This document shows positions 53,650-64,000 of a DNA stretch of 64,000 nucleotides, in pieces. This stretch comes from Octopus bimaculoides (Eukaryota): the NCBI RefSeq assembly GCF_001194135.2, contig NC_068985.1, positions 90,021,354-90,085,353 on the forward strand, written 5' to 3'. Made by a program: the position numbers and the translations under genes. Each line of letters begins with the position of its first letter. The first letter of the stretch is position 1. The notes under the pieces are model-generated. The model did not search any database, had not been told where the DNA came from, and was given only the letters and a program-made list of their open reading frames with translations.

Positions 53650-55229
53650 GTTAGGAATAAAGCTTTTTTTGTTATAGTCATAACGAAAACGAATATTGTG
53701 GTAATGATTATATCGACACACGCTGTCACATTAACCATAATAACCTTTTCTTCGTTTGTTTCTTTTTCTTTCTCTGACATTCCGATATGTATAACACATA
53801 CACACATACACATACAACTAGTGTGATGGTCAGTTATATCAATGTACTGATTGACTTGTCCAGTCCTGATACCTAAATTAATTATGTATAACGTAAAGTA
53901 ATATAATATGTTATTATATATCACCTAATACCGAACTTGATTTTCTACCGATTTTGGAATAAGTTGAACTAAAATCAATATATTTATATAGTTTTTCAGT
54001 CGGCGAATTTGATGAGAACATGGCTTAATCGTACATAATTTACACTTGTGTTACATAATATTACAGCAGTTATTCTTTCACAAAGAGCATGTAAGTCTAT
54101 CTAAAATTATGCTTCCATTTCTCTCAACATGGCGTGCAGCGTATCATTTTGTTTAGAAAATATATTCAGGGTTGGAATGTAATATCACACAACTGCTTGA
54201 ATTTAATATCACACAACTGAAAATATAAATTGTAATTAGTTTGACGTATTGGTTAAATGTGTTACTGTACTGAACATATCATACTGCAGTTTAACTCTTT
54301 AAGCGTCATTGCAATGTTATTGACTTATTATGGCTTTAAACTGGATCCAGCGACAGTGTTCGTATTAGCTTATACGTTTTAACTGACATTGCCATCAGGT
54401 CAGCTCTAATCGAGAACAGTAGCAACTTCACTGGTTGCATGGTAAACAACGATTACCATAAACTTGGCAGTAGTTTGTATTTAGATTGTTTTATGAATAT
54501 AACTCAATTAAAGGACCAGCCCTAAAAGATAAGGGAAGCTGGAGAGGTAATGCGTTCAAAATACTCTCAGCGATTTATCAAAAGTATTAACAATGAAATC
54601 AGAACAGGTTTAGTCTCCCTCATCTGACGTCCTAATTTCATGTCCACTGTTGTTTCTAAATAACAATAGCAGAATTGAAGTAATGAACTTCATGTAGCAT
54701 GAAATTTCCTTTATTTTTAGCATGTCTAACACAGATATCTACACCGATATTTGAAAAAAAAAGACCAAGTCAAATATGTGAGTATAAATTGGCCTAGGGA
54801 AACATGGACATCAATAGAGGGAGAATGACAAGCAGGAGATTTTGGTGGTGATGTAGGAGGAAATATCATGAGATTGGACGAACAGCATGTACACTATTAG
54901 TGTAGATATATTTAATCTGTACTGGGTAGCACAAAGCCTCAGGGGATAACATGGTGTAGCGTACTTTCCTATGCATTACGACTGAATAGATTTAAGTTTA
55001 ATTATGAAACCTTAACAATCATAGTATACAGACACTGTATAAGCTGACCTCATGTAAATTGAAATGACAATAACTTAAAGAGATATGAAGAATTTGTAAA
55101 TTGATAGATAGATGATTATCATCATGAAACAATGGACTTCCGAGTTGGTACATGAATCCATCTCTTCAAGATTCTTATAGGTTCCAGTTATATTACCTCC
55201 AAGGTAAACAATCTGGAAACAATAAAAAA

Positions 55230-55560
55230 AACACAAAATTTGGCAGTAATCAAAACTGGCTGAAAAGATGCCTTTTGATTAAAACGTCATTGATATTAGC
55301 TGAGGACGCTCAAGCCAAGAACGAAATTATAAAGGCATTAGAAACATATGGTTTGTTATAGATTAATATCATATTTAGCGAAAAAAAGAACGAATCTGTT
55401 GGTTGTTGTCCTTGGGGCGCAATATATGAACCTATTACATAGATTCAGGAAGCATGAAATTGAAGCAAGAGCAGAAAAGGGTCCATAAGTCATTGGAAGA
55501 GAAACTCTAAATTTGATATCGTGGAAGCACAATGACATTGTGCGACACATCTCTCAAAGG
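55230..55560 (+). mobile_element. Possible very old RTE-like LINE remnant
   Basis: IKALETYGLL*INIIFSEKKNESV and ARAEKGP loosely echo the IEAFEMWC.RR..W..K.TNE.V and GKR.RGRP motifs. Confidence 0.3.
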
Positions 55561-56663
55561 ATATTGGAGGTTTTAATAGCAATGGATTTAATAGAAAGAG
55601 ACGCTGTTACTGTGATAACGACAAGGTTAAGATAACATGTGAGTGAGGTGCAAAGGTCAAGATATACACAGAGAAAAGAAGACTAGAAGCAAAGAATATC
55701 AGCATAAAAATGCTTTTGAAAACGATGACAACAGAAAAATGAGCAACGATCACAACGCAGTCTTCCTGAAGATTCTCTATGAAAGTTGTTTACTTCCATA
55801 GAGAATTGGAAACAATTTGTAGCTTTGCTCATCCTAGTATCAAGAAGACCAATAATCGATTTATTAATGTTTAACTACTTAAAAAATGGGCTTAGAAATA
55901 TATACACTTGAAGATGTCTACATGAAGAAGAGCACCAGCAAAAAACCTCAAAACGTTATAGAATATACGATCTGCACACGCCAGAAGGCTGTATACAGAT
56001 GTAGAGCCAACTGCAGCTGTACACAACAAAAGTCTTAAGTGTGCAAAGAAACAGAAAAAAAGCTTTGCAAAACTGTGCACAACCACTACTAATTAAGCAC
56101 TGGTGCCATTTTCCGCAACTCAAGAGCAACAGACGAACCCATTTCTGAAAGATATTTTGCATACATAAAACTGGGAGAAAAAGAAAATTCTAAAACACTT
56201 AGTAGATGCTTAGATACACACAAAAACGTATATTGTGTTTCTGAGAGAGAAGAAATAATGAATTTAAGCTGGAAATGCCGTGTACTTTTAAAATCATGTG
56301 AAGCATTTAACACTGTCCCCATATAGGCACTCGGTGGGTAACACATTGCCATTAGATATCAGGCAAAATGATGTGATTAAACAGTTGAAAGCAATTTGAA
56401 GACACCTGTAATTCCAGCTTCAGAGAGCTTTGAATGCCTTAGCAAATCAATTGTTTATCATTTGTTTGGGTACAAGAAATGACGTTCTTAAAGTCCGTGA
56501 AAAATGGAGTCCGGTGAAGATAAACAAATGTCATGTTCTCAGATTTCACCTTGCATTGGCCAGTGGTGGGCATTTTTGCGTAAAGATTACCTGTTAAGTG
56601 AATTTGAATTCCCCTGACTAGAGTTTCCGTACTGTAGGCCTTCCGCCTATACATACATATATC

Positions 56664-57008
56664 GTGGCGCTCCGTCGCTTACGACGACGAGTTCCATTTG
56701 ATCCGATCAGTGGAAAAGCCTGCTCGTAAAATTAACGTGCAAGTGGCTTAGCACGCCACAGAAATATGTAGCTTTAACGTAGTTCTCGGGAAGAATCAGC
56801 GTGACACAGAATGTGACAAGGCTAGCGCTTTGACATACCGGTACAAATGGAACAGGAAGAAAGAGTTAGAGAAAGTTTTGATGAAAGAGTACAACAGGAT
56901 TCGCCATAACCTCCTGCAGGAGCTTTAGGTGTTTTTGCTCATTAAACACTCACAACGCGCGGTTTTACGACCGCAAGTTCACCGCCCTAACCGCTGAGCC
57001 ATTGGGCC
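56664..57008 (-). mobile_element. tRNA-derived SINE (third-family tail, different middle segment)
   Basis: TGGCGCTCCGTCGCTTACGACGACGAG...GTAGTTCTCGGG...GTGACACAGAATGTGACAAGGCT, and a head-like CCTAACCGCTGAGCCA at the right end. Confidence 0.7.
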
Positions 57009-57065
57009 ACTACATGCATACACACACACAAATTCGCACACATTCACACACAAACATACATATTA

Positions 57066-58043
57066 TATAAAAGATCGTGGGTAAGACCAAAACGCTGCGA
57101 AGTAAATGCAGGGTATATCACGAGAAAACAAATATGTGAATTAATGTAGACTTCCTTTGTGTCCAATATTTCGGATCTACATGTATATGAGTGTGTGTAG
57201 AGTGGATATGCGCAGAAGGGAGTTGCTATAGCAACCAGCTAGCTTCTTGTAACTCCCTTCTATTGTTGATCTTGAGTTTCTTTTGGTGTATGAGGATGGC
57301 CTCTAAGATTCTAAGGTTGTCCCTGTTCCGCTGTGTTGATTTAACGTGCACTGTGAATTCCCAGGTCTGGTATTTCCGTAGATGTTTCTTCAGGGAAGTG
57401 TTTGCCTGCAGGTATTCCTTAATGAGTACATGTGGTTTACTTGTGCTTCCGATGTAGGATGCGCCACATTTGTCACAAATGATCATATATACGACATGGG
57501 CACTCTGGCACAATTCAGGGTCATTGATGGGGCAGTTCCACAATGTGTACTCCTCGGAATAGTGAGATGTGTTGTTCTTGGAAAGAGTTTTCCGCATGGA
57601 CGGGCCGATATGCACTACCTGTATGCCGAATCCTTCCTTGCGGAATGCGTGTTGTATCACCGAAGATTTTTTTCTGTCGTCAAAGTGTTGTAGCTTAAGG
57701 AACCATTGCCGGACTTGGGAGTATGCTGGGTCTTCTGAGGATTATTGACCTCAGAATCTCTGAGGCCATCCTCCATACACCAAAAGAAACCCAATCCAAC
57801 AATAGAAGGAAGGGAGTTACAGTAAGCTTGCTGGTTGCTATAGTAACACCCTTCTGCACATGACCACTCCACACATGCCCACACACACGCACATCGGCAA
57901 CATTCGTCAATTTCTTTAAAATGGTTTGATAACCCCGAAATATTAAACGCAAGGTAAGTCTACATTAATTTACATGTTTGTTTTCTTGTGATTTACCTTG
58001 CATTTACTTCGCATTTTTTCGGCCTTACCCACGATCTTTTATA
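57066..58043 (-). mobile_element. Second PLE family: 3' fragment with GIY-YIG and an inverted copy of its own 3' end
   Basis: ORF 57226-57660 (-) contains VVYMIICDKCGASYIGSTSK and LRILEAILIHQKKLKINNRRE. The arms at about 57066-57320 and about 57745-58043 are diverged inverted repeats. Confidence 0.88.
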
Positions 58044-58153
58044 CAAAATATTGTACACATCGTTNNNNNNNNNNNNNNNNNNNNNNNNNNNNNNNNNNNN
58101 NNNNNNNNNNNNNNNNNNNNNNNNNNNNNNNNNNNNNNNNNNNNNNNNNNNNN

Positions 58154-58201
<48 letters not shown>

Positions 58202-58639
58202 CAGTTTCTGTCTGCCAAACCCTCTAAGAATGTTTTTTGCTTGGACCGGGGTATAGCATGAGATACCTGATTAAATGCCTCATAGCGGCGCTAAATCCAA
58301 TACGATATATCACGGAATAATTCTTCCTACTCACACAGACACCTTTGCGCTTTTGTACATTTCAGAACATTAATTCTTATTACGTAAGTTTGCAAATATA
58401 TATACATATGTATTCAACTTATATATTTGCACAAGCAGATTAATATTTTCCCAAAATTGTGTACTATATGTGTTAGAATATGTAGCTTCTCAGATACTTG
58501 AGTATTAGTTCCTTGACCTAGCTGCTTTACAAAATATATACTTGAGGTACTTGAGGAAATTCTAGAATCTTAAAATATAATCACTTAACACAACAATAGA
58601 TAAAGTGAAAATATTGATATACTTGAAAATTTATGAATT

Positions 58640-58740
58640 AGGAAAACATACTATTGGTCTTGTTGCTGTTGTTGTTGTTGTTGTTGTTGTTCTTCTTCGT
58701 CTTCTTCTTCTTCTTCTTCTTAATAATAATAATAATAATC
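58640..58740. repeat. Compound (GTT)n-(CTT)n-(AAT)n microsatellite
   Basis: Directly visible. Confidence 0.95.
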
Positions 58741-58754
58741 ATTAAAGTCATATG

Positions 58755-59007
58755 CATTTCACGGATATTTGTCCTTATCATCATTTTTGTTAACACAACG
58801 TTTCGGCTGATATACCCTCCAGCCTTCATGAGACGTCTTGGGGAAATTTCTAACCTGGCTTCTCATTCCTGAGGCATTTTTCGATATTATTATTATTATT
58901 ATTATTATTTCAAACTCATTATTATTCAGGTCACTGCCTGGAATCGAACTCGGCATGTTGGTGTTAGTAGTTGCCCGCCCTCTAAACCACTACGCCATAT
59001 GCCCGTG
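58755..59007 (-). mobile_element. Second copy of the tRNA-head / microsatellite / hammerhead composite
   Basis: Minus strand: GGGCATATGGCGTAGTGG (A-box), GAGTTCGATTCC (B-box), (AAT)n, then CTCATGA-A-GGCTG-GAGGGTATAT-CAGCC-GAAA-CGTT-GTGTT at 58792-58837. Confidence 0.85.
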
Positions 59008-59031
59008 AATAATAATAATAATGATAATAAT

Positions 59032-59431
59032 ACCAGTTGAGCATGTCCCTTGGTGGCTGACAATCTGTGCATCTCTGATCATGAGCAGAAGTAGTGGGGG
59101 AGCATCATAGCCATATGTTGAGAGGAATTATTTGGGGTTTGAATAATTCACCTTTGGAAACATGGGTGTTTTGTTCATTATCCTTTAAACAAACCTTATT
59201 CAGGGACCTTTTGAGCGGGATGGGCTACTCGACCTGAAGAAAATTCTAACTGGGCCCCACCTGCGAGGTCATGCACTGTTTATCTTGATATGAGATCACC
59301 ATGTCGCGCACATATGGTTGTGATGCATGTGCCTGGTGTACCGTTATTAGACGGGTAGTCATGATGGGTATATTGGGCTTTGTATATTTTACCCCAGTGT
59401 CACTTTGATGGCATGCACTGCTCTCTCACTC

Positions 59432-59470
<39 letters not shown>
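59032..59470 (+). mobile_element. About 400-bp retroposon-like repeat with an (AAT)n tail
   Basis: A relatively GC-rich block between (AAT)n tracts, ending CTCTCTCACTC(AAT)n. Recalled as a common Octopus interspersed repeat; there is no second copy in the window. Confidence 0.55.
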
Positions 59471-59472
<2 letters not shown>

Positions 59473-62400
59473 CGAAATAATGATATGACACAGAATTGCT
59501 GATGTTTTAACGTCGTAGATATCATCTGGTTTTGAGGAGTCGAGGACAAAAATTCATTTATTTCAAGGTATCAACCGATGTTAATATGTGATTAAGTGAT
59601 AAAAATTAATGATTTTAAATGGCCTAATATAAATGAGTACATTTAACTAAACAACTAATTACAACACTGCCATCATTCAGTATAATTGGTCAAGACATTA
59701 ACAGCATTGCGAGTTAAGGAAACTATCGGGCAAAAGGCCATATCAAGTTTATAGTATATACTAAGATCTTATCAGATAATTTCGCTTGCTCTCAGGTTAT
59801 AAATCCTATTATATTATTTATAGTAAGAATTATGATTTATTGTAAGTTGTATCCGTATGTAATGTTTTAAAAAACAAACAAGCCTTAGTAATGGTAGCGA
59901 CGATCTTGGTGATTTCTTCAAAAATATCGAAACTAATGTCTTAAAACATGAAGAAGTATTAAATTATAATTTAGTAATGTCAACGTGTTATTTGGTATAA
60001 TAAAATTATGTAATAAAATTATTTTTGATAATAATAATTGGAAAATATTTTCTGATGCTGAAAGGTCGGTTAAGTCATTAAGAAATAATTTAATTCTCTC
60101 TACAGCGAGAAACATTCCACAAATTAATTATTCCACCCACCTGTTTGAAAATATTACGAATGCTGTTCATAATGTGCATTAGGGCAATGTAGTGACAAGG
60201 AATATATTGAAATATGTAGCGTCGAGCTTAGGGTTTTGTGCAAAAGTTGAATGATAGATAATAAGTAATTAGTTCGAATAATGTAGTAGCTATTTCTCAA
60301 GTAGAAATAATTACGAAAAGAAGGAAACTATTTTGTGTATGCTGATTCCGGTAATGTTAATGTGAATAATTTAAAAGAATACTATTTGCTGCGCGTGGTT
60401 TTAGAGGGGAAAAGTTAATCGACAAGTGAAACGTGTTATTCCAAGACAGTTATTAACAATTCTGATTTGGAAAAACAGTGTTCTAGAAAAAATATCTAAC
60501 AAACCCTCTCATATTCATGAGGAACTATATAAATACCGTAACATCTAATATCATCTTATGAAATCAGCGTCGTAACAAAAGGAAACAGAGGTTATTTATA
60601 AGTTTGGCTGCTGTAAAAGTGTAGTTGAGCGCTTGTTCTTCAATAAAGGGCTCTATTTACATATGTTTGAAACGCACACGTTTTTGTTGCACACTAAAGC
60701 ACTTATTTCCTTACAACCATGCTGAAGTCCCCAGAAAAACTGTTTTCTGGGTTCATTCGGGTAAATAAAAAAAAAAAATGTTATATAAAATAAAGTGTCA
60801 TAACTGACTCTCAAAAGTTACACATTGAAGATTTCGTTTCGAAAACTGTTTTGTTGCTTGAGGTGGAAACAATACAACACAATAAGTTTCGTTTGAACGT
60901 GGAAAGTATAAGTAATTAAACAAAATCGATGAATGGAGATAAGATCTCATTATGTTGATAATAATGTGTTGTTATAGACGATGATAAGAATAAATAATAT
61001 TTTATTCAGTACACGAAGATAAGCATAATGCTGCTCTCTACGTTATGTAAGAGAAATTCTGTGTCTATTTGAATATGTATTTCGAAAGGACATGACGACG
61101 TGTAAGTGTCTGTTCACCGATAAACATTTTACTATGGGACTATACTATTGAACTGGATTGCCGAACTCACTGACTATTTCAACACTTTGTTATCAGCAAA
61201 CAGAATTTGTAGTCAGAGCATTATTCTTGCCATGCGTTATGGAAATCTGATTCCAGACAAGTGAAACTTTTGCATTTCAGATGAAATAAAATTACTTTGC
61301 GTTATATGCCAGCAACATGTTTGTGATATGTCTCCGATAAACGATTAAATTTACCAAGCAGAGTCTTTATGTGAATGAATAGAAAGAAATTCCCACTAGA
61401 ATACACAGAAATTTAGTCAAAGGTGAGATTATTTGCAAACAATATGAATGCCAATATAAATAGAAAATAGTTACCAACTATTGCTTAGCAAATGAAACAA
61501 ACTTCAATGCATAATGTCATTCAAAGTTCTGTTTGAATTATTCAAGTTAGGCGAAGTCCAGCAATTCCAATACAGAATAGTACATTTCCTGACAAAGGTA
61601 ATACGCGCATAAGTTGTAGTATGCAAGAGTTTACATACCAGAAATTTACATGGAATTATGTGACGTAAATGTAGAATGTTCATATGTTCTGGTAATATAC
61701 AATGACGGAGGATGCATAAAATATTGATGGATTAGTTTGGCTATATTTTTGTCATATGATATGTAAAATAGAATAACTTAGAAGAGCTTTTGCGACCGTT
61801 CAAAACACTTTATGAGAATTATGAACACAAATCGCATTTGAACGATGCAATCTGTGGATTCACTAAACAAATAAACAAAACATCAAAACAAAAACATGAG
61901 ATTGAATGTAATCTAGAGAAAATCAGCCGAAAACTAAAACGGTTTCTTGCCGTGATGATCAGAAATTCCAATAGATCAATGAGCGAGAGAATCATTCTTG
62001 ATCATTTTCCATTTCCAATTTGAACCAAACATGCGTTATCTCATGTTGTTTCAAGTTATTCTTTGCAAAGGAATCCATTCTTAATGTTTTTACTTGCATC
62101 TAGGAAGGTTTGTCAGTAACATCGAACCTCAATTCATAAGGCTTACTTGGAGAAGTATCACCAAAAATATGATCGAGCAACTTTACTAAATGCTTAGAAA
62201 AGTTTTGGAAAAAAATTATATCCTGTCATAACTATTCTTTTGATGCCCCTCTGGAATAGAATTCTAGTGGGTAGAAGATATTGTATCACACTATTATCTT
62301 ATAAAGTCTCTAAGAATGAAATATTAGTCATGACACTTTTCGCGTATTTCCTAACAATATTGGAGCCCGCCATGGAGCCAACAGATGAAAAACAAGATGA

Positions 62401-62864
62401 ATGTATTTTGTTTGTGTCTCAGCATCAAGATGATGGTTTGTTATATTTTCGAAAGTTGTTATATGTTCTTGATAGGTTTTCTTAAGCGATTATTGGTATT
62501 ATGGTCTTATTCCAAGTGGAAATGTTATTAGATAAAATGTGATTCCTTAACGACTGGGAATCGGAAAATTAAGGGAGACGGCTAACAATTACGAAAAAGG
62601 GAAACTTGCGACATTCCATTGTTGAAAATGGCGATAACACTGAGAATTATACAGATACATTTCTATGCCTTTTAATTTGTCTATAATTTATGACTTTCAA
62701 AAACATTTCTCCTTTAGGGTCACTTTTTACAATCGCGGTGTAATTAATAACTTATGGAACAAATTACAAAGCACCGCACATCATGTCTGTAGTGCTAAAA
62801 CTCCAACGTCAGATAACTTCAAGAGAAGCGTGTGAATATCGCGAAGGAATTAAATTAGACTATA

Positions 62865-63031
62865 AGCGCAGTGTGGTTGCATGGTAAGAGGTTTGTTTCC
62901 CAACCACATAATACTGGGCCCAGACTCACTGCATAGCACCTTAGGCAAATGTCTTCTACAGAAACCCTGAGGCAGACCAAGGTCTTGTCAGTGCAGTTGG
63001 TAGATGGAAACTGAAATAAGTCTGTCGTATA
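62865..63031 (+). mobile_element. CORE-like tRNA-derived SINE
   Basis: tRNA-like head GTGTGGTTGCATGGTAAGAGG, then CACTGCATAGCACCTTAGGCAAATGTCTTCTAC (resembling the CORE ACCTTGGGCAAGT motif), then a (TG)n tail. Confidence 0.75.
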
Positions 63032-63299
63032 TGTGTGTGTGCGTGAGCGCACGTGTGTACGTGTGCGTGCGTGTGTATACATTTATTTTTTCACATGTTT
63101 CAGCCCGAATGATGTGGCCATGCTGGAACACCACCCGTGTAATCACCTTTTGAATGGTCAATTTTATCTTAATTGCTTTTGATGAAGGAGGGATTCCAAC
63201 AACGCTTCCATGTTTAAAGTCTTTTTCCTTGACGTTGTTTCATGTGGGACCTTGGCTAGCATGCGGTCAAAATGTAACGTGAAAAGATCTATCCCTACT

Positions 63300-63923
63300 C
63301 CATGAAGATCCCTCGGATGTCTTCCATGGCGTTAAATAGCTGTAGGCCATTGAATCCCAAGCTGTCGCAGTACAAGATCTTCACTATAGATGGAATAGAT
63401 GTAATTTTGAAACAAAAGGGTGACGTCCAGTCCGGGGGTTGTTATAAATATCGATACCAAAGTTTGGTGCCAGCCCTCCTCCGATTTTTCATGCATCTAT
63501 CACTGCATACGTGTCACGTCTTCGCTACAGGGACTAGAGTCGTAGCTCTTTGAGTCTCTCCCAGTAGCTCAGCTGTTCCATCGATGCAATCTTCCTAATG
63601 TAACACTGTTGATCTGCCTCCAGTTCCGCTATTAAGTCGACACTCTAGGTTGATCACATTTGACAGCAGTATTTCAGACGGCTGAGAATAAATATCCTAC
63701 ATAGAACCAGAATAGCTTCCCGGTCCCTTGTTCTGCAGGTCCTCAAAATCCATCCGGCTGTTGTCCTACACGCTGCCCCCATCTTGGTGATATACTTGTA
63801 AAACGAGGCATCGTTGCTCATATCAGTCGCCAAATCAGGATCCCTTTCTTTCTCCTCTATAATTTCTCTTTTTAAAGGTCCTGGAAATTCCAGATAGCCT
63901 TTGCTTTCATGTCTCATTTCATT

Positions 63924-63925
<2 letters not shown>
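63300..63925 (-). mobile_element. CR1/L2-type LINE fragment (RT C-terminal region)
   Basis: Reads AGWILRTCRTRDREAILVLCRIFILSRLKYCCQM*S, LIAELEA and SYWERLKELRLYSL*RRR, with in-frame stops. It is 5'-truncated at a (TG)n array. Confidence 0.87.
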
Positions 63926-63969
<44 letters not shown>

Positions 63970-64000
63970 ACACACCCACACAGAATTTCGACATATAAAT

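Noticed and set aside
53478-53924. ORFs with poly-M/T/L or poly-I/V/S tracts
   Set aside because: They are translations of a compound trinucleotide microsatellite.

Overview
AT-rich eukaryotic, non-coding-looking DNA with many microsatellites and ten short N gaps. The SINE and retroposon families match, from memory, those of Octopus; this assignment is an inference. No protein-coding host gene could be recognised, and almost all ORF-track entries are microsatellite or gap artefacts or antisense shadows of transposon remnants. The window is dominated by mobile-element debris: RTE and CR1/L2-type LINE fragments, a Tc1 transposase pseudogene, about 12 tRNA-derived SINE copies and several Penelope-like elements (PLEs). 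The main PLE is a 3.7-kb 5'-truncated copy (36783-40467) with RT, a CxC linker and a C-terminal GIY-YIG, bracketed by inverted pseudo-LTRs that each carry an identical hammerhead ribozyme (HHR) motif. Five HHR-like motifs from three unrelated families occur in the window. The most unusual item is a two-copy composite element (7283-7530 + and 58755-59007 -) joining a tRNA-type Pol III promoter head, a microsatellite spacer and an HHR module. Several strong minus-strand splice-site pairs hint that the window lies within long introns of a minus-strand transcript, but this is unproven.
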